DNA of 48,501 bases from Candidatus Aminicenantes bacterium (GCA_027318645.1 DAHVOV010000078.1:1-48501); one strand, 5' to 3'. Positions 17,742 through 26,588 are shown, counted from the first letter of the stretch. Made by a program: numbers and translations. The notes: generated by a model not told the origin, from the sequence alone.

Positions 17742-18569
17742 CTATTCGATCCAGATGCGGACGATGACGTCCTCGGCCTGGATGTCGATCTTCTTTCCCT
17801 CGTCCAGCAGCTGCTCCAGGAGCCGGTCCACGTTGTAGCCTTCCTTCCGCAGCGCCTGCTTCTCCTGGGCGCCCAGCGACCGCAGGGCGACGTCCGCCAG
17901 GGCCAGGGGAATGGCGATGGAGATCTTGCCCTTGGGGTCGCCTTTTTCGGCGACGTAGATCTTCAGCAGCTTTCCCGCCGCCCGCCGCGCGCCGCTGCCG
18001 GTCCCCTTCAGGCGGGCCGGGTCGATGCGCATGACGGCGATCCTGGCCCGGTCGCGGAGCTCCTCGTCCTGCTCCTTCTCCAGGATGCGCAGGAGCACCG
18101 GCAGCGCCCGGGCGGCGGCGTCGCGGTCCGGGATATAGCTCAGCTTGAGGGCGGCGTAATAGGAAACGACCTTGTTCCCGTTCCCCAGCAGGCCCACGAT
18201 CTTCTTCAGGTATTCCTTCTCGCCCGACTGATAGAGCCCGGTGGAGAGGTCGATGACCGAGACCAGGGCCTCCTCGGCCAGGTTGCTCGCCGGGGACACG
18301 GAGACGAACGTCTCATAGCTCTCCAGGGCCTCCCGGCGGGCCCCCAGCTCCTCCTGGCACTTGCCCCGGTAAAAGAGGGCCGTCGCGTAATAGCGGCTGT
18401 CCGCGTGGCGGGCGATGATCTCGTCCAGGTTCTTCAGGGCGCCGGCCCACTGCCGGTCGAAGATCAGCGTCTTGGCCCTTTCGAAGAGCTCGTCGCCGGG
18501 TTGGGCGGCCTGCGCCGCAACCCCCAGCCAGCCGGCCATCAGGATGAAGGCGATCCATTTCGTTTTCAT
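17742..18569 (-). CDS. Secreted TPR-like/HEAT-like repeat protein with the shared C-terminal domain (275 aa)
   Basis: Signal peptide MKTKWIAFILMAGWLGVAAQA, helical repeat region, then the C-terminal domain described above. Its ATG directly abuts the anti-sigma stop codon (TAAATG). Confidence 0.7.
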   Translation of the reverse strand: MKTKWIAFILMAGWLGVAAQAAQPGDELFERAKTLIFDRQWAGALKNLDEIIARHADSRYYATALFYRGKCQEELGARREALESYETFVSVSPASNLAEEALVSVIDLSTGLYQSGEKEYLKKIVGLLGNGNKVVSYYAALKLSYIPDRDAAARALPVLLRILEKEQDEELRDRARIAVMRIDPARLKGTGSGARRAAGKLLKIYVAEKGDPKGKISIAIPLALADVALRSLGAQEKQALRKEGYNVDRLLEQLLDEGKKIDIQAEDVIVRIWIE

Positions 18570-19355
18570 TTATGCCTCGATATAGGGTTTGGCGGAAAGC
18601 TCCCTTTCCAGCAGCCTGATCTTCAGCAGCAGCCTCTCGTTCTCCAGCAGGCGCTGCAGGCGCTGGATCTGGCCGCAGAGCCCCTGCGCCTCGAGCTGCA
18701 GGATCTCGTAGTTCAACCAGTCGATCCGCTCCGCGACCTGCCGCATCCTCAGCCACTCCACGGGCGGCAGGCTCTGCTCGATGTACTTCTTGTGCAGCAG
18801 CAGCTCCTTGGCCCTCCGGGAGTACAGGCGCAGGTCCATGGCCGCCATCTCCTCGCCGGGGCAGTCCTTGAGCAGGTCGACGAACATCAGCTGGCTCTGC
18901 TGCAGGTAGGAGACGGCCTCTTCGCGGGCCAGCCCCGACTGCAGGTGCACCATGGCGGAGGCCAGGCCCTGCGGATCGGGCGGCGCCGGGACGAGGGGCG
19001 CCGTGGACCGCCCCAGGAAGAACAATCCCAGGCCGACCACCGCCGCCAGCGCCGCGGCCGCCGCCAGCCAGGCCGGGGACCAGGCCGGCGCGCGCCGCCG
19101 GGCCGCGACGCGCCGCCCCTCCGCCGCTGCGAGGATCCGGCCGCTGACCGCGGGCCAGTCGACGGCGGCCACGGCCGCCTCGACCTCGGCGGCGGGGATG
19201 GCGGCGTCGGCCAGCAGGGTGCGCCACGCCTCCAGCTCCATCCGGCAGGCCGGGCAGGAGCCCAGGTGCTTCTCGAGCGCCTGCCGCCGCGCGCCGGCGA
19301 GCTCGTCCGCCGCCAGCCACTCCAGGTCGCACCGGAATTCACGACATGCTTTCAT
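18570..19355 (-). CDS. Anti-sigma factor (zf-HC2 type) with one TM segment and a helical periplasmic domain (261 aa)
   Basis: HLGSCPACR fits the Hx3Cx2C motif. TM segment WLAAAAALAAVVGLGLFFL. 17-nt overlap with the sigma gene. SD GGGAGGGGAG. Confidence 0.75.
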   Translation of the reverse strand: MKACREFRCDLEWLAADELAGARRQALEKHLGSCPACRMELEAWRTLLADAAIPAAEVEAAVAAVDWPAVSGRILAAAEGRRVAARRRAPAWSPAWLAAAAALAAVVGLGLFFLGRSTAPLVPAPPDPQGLASAMVHLQSGLAREEAVSYLQQSQLMFVDLLKDCPGEEMAAMDLRLYSRRAKELLLHKKYIEQSLPPVEWLRMRQVAERIDWLNYEILQLEAQGLCGQIQRLQRLLENERLLLKIRLLERELSAKPYIEA

Positions 19356-19974
19356 GCTCCCCTCCCGACCACGGCGCCAGCTCGCGGCGGACGCGGCACA
19401 GGGCCCGGTGATGCAGGGCCTTGACGGTGCCGAGCGAGATGGCCATGGCCTCGGCCACCTGGGGCAGCTTCAGCCCCTGGCGGTACTTCAGCACGAACAC
19501 CGAGCGCTGCCGCGGCGACAGCCGGTCCAGCGCCTGCTCGATCGCCTCCTGACGGCGGCTGCGCCCCCACTCCTGGGCGGGGCCGTCGAGGACCGCGAAA
19601 TGCCGCTCCGGCACCTCTTCCAGGCCGCATTCCCGCCGCCGCTGCCGCGCCAGCCGCCGGTAGCGGTCGACGCACAGGTTGTGCGTCAGGCGGCGGATCC
19701 AGCCCGGCAGGGACTGCTCCGGCCGCAGGGCGCCGATCTTGTCGTGGATCCTCATGAATGCCTCCTGCACGATCTCCAGGGCGTCGTCGCGGTCGCGGAA
19801 GAAGCCGTAGGCCAGGGCGAACACCGGCTTCTGGTAGCGCTCCACCAGCTCGGCGAAGGCGCCGCGGTCGCCGGCGGCCAGCCGCTCCAACAGGGCGTTT
19901 TCCCCCGCATCGCGCACTCCCGCCAGGGGGAGGGCGTCGACCTGCCCCGGGCGGATCGTTGCCGGGCCGCTCAC
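19339..19974 (-). CDS. ECF-family RNA polymerase sigma factor
   Basis: Region 2 (FAELVERYQKPVFALAYGFFRDRDDALEIVQEAFMRI) and region 4 (LSPRQRSVFVLKYRQGLKLPQVAEAMAISLGTVKALHHRA). The start is uncertain: GTG at 19974, or an internal GTG about 60 nt downstream. Confidence 0.85.
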   Translation of the reverse strand: MSGPATIRPGQVDALPLAGVRDAGENALLERLAAGDRGAFAELVERYQKPVFALAYGFFRDRDDALEIVQEAFMRIHDKIGALRPEQSLPGWIRRLTHNLCVDRYRRLARQRRRECGLEEVPERHFAVLDGPAQEWGRSRRQEAIEQALDRLSPRQRSVFVLKYRQGLKLPQVAEAMAISLGTVKALHHRALCRVRRELAPWSGGEHESMS

Positions 19975-20075
19975 GGTCCTTCAGCCCCGGGCGGCGGCGC
20001 CCCTCGCGTGCGTCGCCGGCAGGCCAGCCTGATCGTCCATTTCGTTCCGTTGCATTGGCTCCTTCCACCATATAA

Positions 20076-20101
20076 GACGAAATGAAGGGGCAGAAGGTTG
20101 A
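20076..20101 (-). promoter_or_regulatory. Possible ECF-type autoregulatory promoter (TCAACC-N16-CGTC)
   Basis: Minus strand: TCAACC (20096-20101), 16 nt, CGTC (20076-20079). This resembles the AAC…CGT architecture of ECF promoters. Weak evidence. Confidence 0.3.
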
Positions 20102-20133
20102 CACCGCGGTCGCCGCGGACGGGCGGCGCTTCC

Positions 20134-20162
20134 TTGACATCGGCGGCACGGTCGGCTAGACT
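20134..20162 (+). promoter_or_regulatory. Sigma70-type promoter TTGACA-17-TAGACT placed 7 nt before ATG 20170
   Basis: TTGACA 20134-20139, 17-nt spacer, TAGACT 20157-20162, then TTTTCCC and the ATG. Confidence 0.6.
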
Positions 20163-20169
20163 TTTTCCC

Positions 20170-21057
20170 ATGGACAACATCAAGCAAGCGATCGTGGACG
20201 GAGGGAACATGACCAAGAAGATCGGCAAGTACATCCTGGCGGCGGCCATCGTCATTTTCGTGCTGATCTTCCTGTTCAAGATCTACATCGTCATCGACCC
20301 CGGCGAGAAGGCGGTGATCTTCAACAAGGCCACCGGCACCCTGCGCGTCACCCCCAACGAGGGTTTCTACTTCCTGGTGCCGCTCATCGAGGAGCCGACG
20401 GTCTACGACATGAAGGCCCGCACCTACACCATGAGCATCGCCCAGCTGGAGGGGGAGATTAAGGGCGACGACTCGCTGCAGGCCCTGACCGCCGACGGCC
20501 AGATCGTGCTGCTCGACATCTCGGTGCGCTACCACCCCGACCCGGAGAACCTCGACAAGCTGCACCGCCGCATCGGCGTCGACTTCGTCAACAAGGTCAT
20601 CCGCCCCCAGGTGCGCTCGACGGTGCGCATGATCGTCGCCGAGTACCCGGTGCTCGACGTTTACTCGGGCAAGCGCACCCTGATCCAGGCCGAGATGGAG
20701 ACCAAGCTGCGCGCCTCCTTCGTGCGCAACTACATCACCCTCGAGGAGGCGCTGCTGCGCAACGTGCAGTTCTCGCGCGAGTTCCAGCAGGCCATCGAGA
20801 ACAAGCAGATCGCCCAGCAGGAGGCGCAGCGCATGAAGTACGTCCTGGAGCGCCAGGAACTGGAGAAGAAGCGCAAGATCATCGAGGCCGAGGGCGAGGC
20901 CGAGTCGCTGCGCCTGAAGGGACGGGCCCTGGCCGAGAACCCGGCGCTGGTCCAGTACGAGTACGTCAAGATGCTGGCGCCCAACATCCAGGCCATCGTC
21001 GCCGACCAGAACGCCATCTTCAACTTCTCCGACTTCCTCAAGGGGCAGAAGAAATAG
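20170..21057 (+). CDS. SPFH/Band 7 (prohibitin-like) membrane protein
   Basis: TM segment ILAAAIVIFVLIFLF, then IVIDPGEKAVIFNKATG…, typical of SPFH. Start 20170 follows the promoter geometry. An alternative start at 20209 (MTKKIGKY) has GGAGGG 4 nt upstream. Confidence 0.85.
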   Translation: MDNIKQAIVDGGNMTKKIGKYILAAAIVIFVLIFLFKIYIVIDPGEKAVIFNKATGTLRVTPNEGFYFLVPLIEEPTVYDMKARTYTMSIAQLEGEIKGDDSLQALTADGQIVLLDISVRYHPDPENLDKLHRRIGVDFVNKVIRPQVRSTVRMIVAEYPVLDVYSGKRTLIQAEMETKLRASFVRNYITLEEALLRNVQFSREFQQAIENKQIAQQEAQRMKYVLERQELEKKRKIIEAEGEAESLRLKGRALAENPALVQYEYVKMLAPNIQAIVADQNAIFNFSDFLKGQKK

Positions 21058-21067
21058 GCCGCCGGCC

Positions 21068-21682
21068 ATGCACCGGATCGGGCTCACGGGCGGCTTCTGC
21101 TCCGGCAAGACGTTCGTCCTGCGGGTGCTGGAGGAACAGGGCTGCCGCACGCTGCGCGCCGACGACCTGGCCAAGGCGATCGTCTTCGCCCCCGGCTCGC
21201 CCCTGCTGCAGGAGGTCGTCGGCATCTTCGGCCCGGGCGTCCTCGACGCCGGCGGCGGGCTGGACAAGGAGAAGTTCAGCCAAATCCTGTTCGCGGACCT
21301 CGAGAAGCGCCGGGCGCTCAACGCCGTCGTCCACCCCCTGGTCGGCGAGGAGCGCCGGCGGCTGATCCGCGAGGCCGAGTCCGCCGGCATCTACGACTTC
21401 CTGGTCTACGAGTCGGCCCTGCTGCTGGAATCGGGCATCCAGGGCGACTTCGAGCGCATCGTCGTCGTCTACTCGTCGCCGGCGGTGCAGCTGCGCCGCG
21501 CCATGGAGCGCGACGGACTGACGCGGGCCGAGGCGCAGAAGCGCATCCGCTCGCAGTTCCCGCTGCGCGAGAAGCTCAAGGCGGCCCATTACGCCATCGA
21601 CACCAGCCTGGGCACCGAGAGCACGCGCGCCCGCACCCTGGAGGTCTTCCACCTCTTGCAAAAGGATTTCCATTTGTCCTAG
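21068..21682 (+). CDS. coaE: Dephospho-CoA kinase
   Basis: IGLTGGFCSGKT P-loop at the N-terminus, about 200 aa, typical CoaE layout. Confidence 0.9.
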   Translation: MHRIGLTGGFCSGKTFVLRVLEEQGCRTLRADDLAKAIVFAPGSPLLQEVVGIFGPGVLDAGGGLDKEKFSQILFADLEKRRALNAVVHPLVGEERRRLIREAESAGIYDFLVYESALLLESGIQGDFERIVVVYSSPAVQLRRAMERDGLTRAEAQKRIRSQFPLREKLKAAHYAIDTSLGTESTRARTLEVFHLLQKDFHLS

Positions 21683-21695
21683 CTTGTGCTACAAT
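21667..21695 (+). promoter_or_regulatory. Candidate promoter inside the coaE 3' end (TTTCCA-17-TGcTACAAT)
   Basis: TTTCCA 21667-21672; the spacer ends in TGC; TACAAT 21690-21695. A leader with AAGGAGAG precedes ATG 21716. Confidence 0.45.
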
Positions 21696-21715
21696 CCCCG
21701 CCAAGGAGAGACGGG

Positions 21716-22393
21716 ATGGAGAACACGGAATACCTGGAAGAACTTCTGCGGCAGTTCAACCTGGGCAAGGGGGCGGCCATCGCCGAGGTCCTGGAGCGCT
21801 ACCTGGAGCGGAGCCTGCAGATCAAGTTCCAGCGCATCCTGATCGCCCAGGACATCCTGAAGGAGGAGTTCGTCCGCCTGCACGAGTCCTTCCTGAAGAT
21901 CCTCAAGATCTACCAGGCCTCGGACCAGAAGCTGGACATGGGCATGTTCACCCCGGACCAGCTGGGCAAGTACTTCTTCAACCAGGGCGTCTACGCCATG
22001 TGCAAGGACAACCTCCTGCAGGCCAGCGAGAAGTTCCAGGAGGCCTACAAGATCAACAAGCGCAATGTCTTCCTGCTCCTGTACATGGGGATCATCCTGA
22101 TGGTGCGCAAGAACCACTACGCGGCCGAGAAGTACTTCGGCGAGGCCACCAAGCGCGATCCCAACTACGACGACGCCTGGTTCTACTCGGCCGAGAACTA
22201 CTTCAAGGCCGGGAACTTCAACCTGGCCTGGGAGTGCTACGAGAAGACGCGCAAGCTGAACCCGGCCTACAACGACATCAACCAGCGGCTGAAGGAGACC
22301 AAGGAAGCGATCCTGCGCAAGCGCCGCGGCAACAAGAAGGATTCGCTGCTGCGCCGCCTGGTCCAGTACGTGCGCCGCGCCTTCGAGCGCTAG
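21716..22393 (+). CDS. TPR repeat protein (225 aa)
   Basis: AAGGAGAG SD before ATG 21716. The C-terminal half has TPR-like repeats: AEKYFGEATKRDPNYDDAWFYSAENYFKAGNFNLAWECYEKTRKLNP. Confidence 0.7.
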   Translation: MENTEYLEELLRQFNLGKGAAIAEVLERYLERSLQIKFQRILIAQDILKEEFVRLHESFLKILKIYQASDQKLDMGMFTPDQLGKYFFNQGVYAMCKDNLLQASEKFQEAYKINKRNVFLLLYMGIILMVRKNHYAAEKYFGEATKRDPNYDDAWFYSAENYFKAGNFNLAWECYEKTRKLNPAYNDINQRLKETKEAILRKRRGNKKDSLLRRLVQYVRRAFER

Positions 22394-22419
22394 GAACTTG
22401 ACCCCCTGGAATCAAGTTC
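22394..22419 (+). terminator. Hairpin immediately after the TPR gene stop (8-bp stem GAACTTGA/TCAAGTTC, 10-nt loop)
   Basis: Seen directly. No U-tract follows, so terminator function is uncertain. Confidence 0.35.
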
Positions 22420-22422
22420 TGC

Positions 22423-22452
22423 CGTGATTCGTTGTTCGTGATTCGTAATTCG
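22423..22452. repeat. Heptanucleotide tandem array CGTGATT CGTTGTT CGTGATT CGTAATT
   Basis: Exact 7-nt register over four units. The same GTGATTCGT unit recurs at 22479-22490 and at 17084-17097. Confidence 0.7.
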
Positions 22453-22537
22453 AAAAAGCCAGCGACGAACTCTCCCCAGTGATTCGTAATCAGATCTGTC
22501 CAAAATAACTTTTTTTGAGGACGCATGTAACGTGTAG

Positions 22538-22763
22538 GACTAAAGCACCAATTTCCAAGCACCAAATTCCAAACAAGCACCAAGCACCAATGTTCCAATG
22601 ACCCAAACAAAGAGCAAACGCAATCGTGGATGAAATTACAACACAGGAAGCGTCATCTATCCTGAGCAGGCATGATTTCGGTTGAATGCCTTGGTTTAGG
22701 TCATTGGAATTTGGAACTTGGAATTTATTTGGGATTTGGTGCTTGGAGCTTGGCATTTTAGTC
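22538..22763. repeat. 226-nt imperfect inverted repeat (71-nt arms made of GCACCAA/TTTCCAA heptamers, 84-nt centre)
   Basis: Left arm 22538-22608 against the reverse complement of 22693-22763: 56 of 71 positions match in my hand alignment. Both ends are anchored by GACTAAA…/…TTTAGTC and CCAATGACC/GGTCATTGG. Confidence 0.75.
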
Positions 22764-22949
22764 TTACGAGCGCCAGGCCTCGTTTGAAAAACCGGATGGC
22801 ATGGCCTCGAAACCATTTACGGATCAAGCGGTCTGTCAAAAAAAACAATTTATTTTGGACGGCAGTGATTTAAAAATTCGTGAATGGAACGGCAATGGCC
22901 GGCCTATCCGTGGCAGTGATCGCGGTAGCAGCGAGCATTGGGAAAAATG

Positions 22950-23068
22950 CCTTCACCTTTGCCTTTTTAATTTTGCCTTTTGCCATGAGAGTTCGTTTTA
23001 TTCCTAGCGCCCAATAATTTCTTCAGGGCTTTTTCTTACTTTAACCTTTACCCTTTTTCCTTTTACAT
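22950..23068. repeat. Two pyrimidine-rich heptamer arrays (CTTTGCC/TTTTGCC at 22950-22984; TTAACCT/TTACCCT/TTTTCCT at 23034-23068)
   Basis: 7-nt register read directly from the sequence. Both arrays have the same strand polarity. Confidence 0.6.
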
Positions 23069-23111
23069 TCCAAGTCTCTTTCTTGCTCTACCACTGAGCT
23101 CAGCTTCGCAG

Positions 23112-24490
<1,379 letters not shown>

Positions 24491-24494
<4 letters not shown>

Positions 24495-25246
24495 GGTTTC
24501 TCCTCTTCCTTGCGGCCCCGGCAACGGGCCTCCTTGTACCAGCGCACCTGCTTGCAGAAGCGGTCGAAGACGGCGACGTCGGCGCTGGTCCAGCGCGTGC
24601 GGCTGACGGCGCGCTTCAGCGAGCGGTGGAACAGGCCGTTCTCGGGCTCGCGCACCTCCAGCCCCTTCATCAGGTCCCACATGTTGTCGATGATGCGCTC
24701 GAAGGCGCGCTTGTCGGCCATGCGCGGCAGCTCGGGGCGGCCGCCCCCCGCCAGCGCCGCCTTGAAGAGCTCGTAGACCACCACCATCACCGCCTGCGAA
24801 AGGTTCAGCGAGGGATAAGTGCCGGCCATGGGGATGCGGACGAAGAAGTTGGCCAGCTGGCTCTCGTCGGTGTTCACCCCCTTGTCCTCGCGGCCGAAGA
24901 CCAGGGCGATCTTCTCGCCGGGGGCCGAGGCGACCACCTGCGCCGCCGCCTGCTCGGGGGAAAGGAAGTCGCGCTTCCACTTGCCCGCCTTGGCCGTGGC
25001 CAGGTAGACCTGCGAGATGCCCTGCAGGGCGGCGGACAGGCTGGGGAACTCCTGGGCCGCCTCGATGATCTCCTGCGAGCGGTAGCCCATCTTCTTCTGG
25101 TCGGCGTGGTCGCGGAAGGGGACGGGATTGACCAGGCGCAGGTGAGCCAGCCCCATGTTCTTCATGGCCCTGACCACCGAGCCGATGTTCCCCGGCCCCT
25201 TGGGCTCGACCAGCACGACGTACACCCGCTCCAGGATCTGCTTCAT
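24491..25246 (-). CDS. trmJ: SpoU/TrmH-family tRNA 2'-O-methyltransferase, TrmJ-like (251 aa)
   Basis: VVLVEPKGPGNIGSVVRAMKNMG, ALVFGREDKGV and SLNLSQAVMVVVYEL match the TrmJ motifs. Start at MKQILER (cat 25244-25246). Confidence 0.85.
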
Positions 25247-25283
25247 AGTATATTGTCCTTGTTTTGTCGGCGAAAGTGCCGAA

Positions 25284-25312
25284 ATTATAAACCAAACGGG
25301 CCCCATGGGCAA
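25284..25312 (-). promoter_or_regulatory. Sigma70-type promoter for trmJ-cysS (TTGCCC-17-TATAAT)
   Basis: Minus strand: TTGCCC (25307-25312), 17-nt spacer, TATAAT (25284-25289), then a 37-nt leader containing AAGGA. Confidence 0.55.
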
Positions 25313-25326
25313 ATCGCGCTCGAGCT

Positions 25327-25450
25327 CAGGGAAGACAGAGGGAAGAGAGAGGGAAAGGCAGAGGGAAGACAAAGTGGGAAAAAGTCCTGGAGGGTCTATC
25401 CACTCTCTCTTCCCTCATTCTTCCCTCTCTCTTCCCTTTCTCTTCCCTGT
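25327..25450. repeat. Polypurine/polypyrimidine inverted repeat with ~11-nt phasing (GGGAAG… arm and CTTCCC… arm)
   Basis: Arm 25327-25376 is all purine apart from a few C/T. In arm 25401-25450, TTCCC recurs at 25410, 25421, 25432 and 25443. About 40 of 50 positions are complementary in my hand alignment. Loop 25377-25400. Confidence 0.75.
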
Positions 25451-25459
25451 GCCGGGTCC

Positions 25460-25488
25460 TTGACCCAGTCGGTAAAACCCGCTACAAT
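25460..25488 (+). promoter_or_regulatory. Sigma70-type promoter TTGACC-17-TACAAT placed 7 nt before the prfB ATG
   Basis: TTGACC 25460-25465, 17-nt spacer, TACAAT 25483-25488, then CGGCGGC and ATG at 25496. Confidence 0.7.
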
Positions 25489-25495
25489 CGGCGGC

Positions 25496-26588
25496 ATGGA
25501 ACTCGTTCAACTCAAGTCCCTGTTCGCCGAGCTGAAGCAGAAAGCCTCCGACCTACGGGGGTTTCTTTGAGATAGCCGAAAAGACCGAACGCATCAAGGA
25601 GATCGATGCCCGGCTGACCGACCCCGACCTGTGGGGCAAGCCCCAGGAGGCGGCGCGGCTGCAGAAGGAGAAGAAGCTGCTCAACGGCTTCCTGGTGATC
25701 GATTCCAAGCTGGGCTTCACGACCGAGGAGCTGGAGACCTATTTCCAGCTGATCGACGAGGACCCCTCCCTGCTCCCCGAGCTGGAGGAAAAGATCGGCC
25801 AGTTCCGCGAATACGTCGAGGAGACCGAGGTCAAGCACTACCTCGACGGCGACAGCGACGCCAGCAACGCCTTCTTGAGCATCCATCCCGGCGCCGGCGG
25901 CACCGAGAGCCAGGACTGGGCCGAGATCCTGCTGCGCATGTACCTGCGCTTCTGCGAGCGCCAGGGCTTCAAGGCCGAGATCACCGACATCCTGGCCGGC
26001 GAGGAGGCGGGGGTCAAGAGCGTCAGCGTGCGCGTCGAGGGCGAGTACGCCTTCGGCTACCTGAAGGAGGAGATCGGCGTCCACCGCCTGGTGCGCATCT
26101 CGCCCTTCGACGCCAACAAGCGCCGCCACACCTCCTTCGCCGCCGTGTTCGTCATCCCCGAGGTCGACGACTCGATCACCATCGACATCGACCCCAAGGA
26201 CCTGCGCATCGACACCTACCGCTCGTCGGGCAAGGGCGGCCAGCACGTGAACCGCACCGACTCAGCCGTGCGCATCGTCCACCTGCCGACCAACACCGTG
26301 GTGCAGTGCCAGAGCGAGCGCTCGCAGCACCAGAACAAGGACCGGGCCATGAAGATGCTGCGCTCCAAGCTGTACGACCTGGAGCTGAAGGCCCAGCAGA
26401 AGGTGAAGGACAAGATCGAGGACGGCAAGGGCGGCATCGCCTGGGGCAACCAGATCCGCTCCTACGTCATGCAGCCTTACCAGAGCGCCAAGGACCACCG
26501 CACCGGCCTGGAGCGCGGCGACGTCCAGCGCGTGCTCGACGGCGACATCCTCGGCTTCATCAAGGAAGCGCTGAAGCTGCCGCGCTAG
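25496..26588 (+). CDS. prfB: Peptide chain release factor 2 with programmed +1 frameshift: join(25496..25567,25569..26588)
   Basis: Frame 0 gives [24 protein letters not shown] then TGA. Frame +1 continues [16 protein letters not shown]… to SPF ([16 protein letters not shown]) and GGQ ([15 protein letters not shown]). Confidence 0.95.
25557..25571 (+). promoter_or_regulatory. RF2 autoregulatory +1 frameshift site (GGGGG TTT CTT TGA G)
   Basis: Internal SD-like GGGGG (25557-25561) lies 3 nt before the slippery CTT (25565-25567) and the in-frame TGA (25568-25570), as in the classical prfB site. Confidence 0.9.

Noticed and set aside
22870-22986. 38-codon minus-strand ORF MAKGKIKKAKVKAFFPMLAATAITATDRPAIAVPFTNF in the AT-rich island (possible small peptide or toxin)
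   Set aside because: Its Lys-rich N-terminus is simply the translation of the TTTTGCC heptamer array. It has no convincing SD, and its codon usage is unlike the rest of the genome. It remains only a remote possibility.
22490-23007. ORF-track entries 22490-22816 (minus strand, 108 aa) and 22801-23007 (plus strand, 68 aa)
   Set aside because: They run through the inverted-repeat arms and heptamer arrays, lack SDs and have no recognisable protein features.
22423-23068. Possible CRISPR array, given the many short repeats
   Set aside because: Units are 7 nt and directly tandem, with no unique spacers of 25-40 nt and no repeat of CRISPR length. No cas genes are in the window.
23085-23102. tRNA-like D-arm sequence (GCTCAGTGGTAGAGC on the minus strand) just downstream of cysS
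   Set aside because: No anticodon stem-loop with U33, no T-arm (GTTCRANYC) and no acceptor pairing can be built around it. The match partly reflects the palindrome CTGAGCTCAG.
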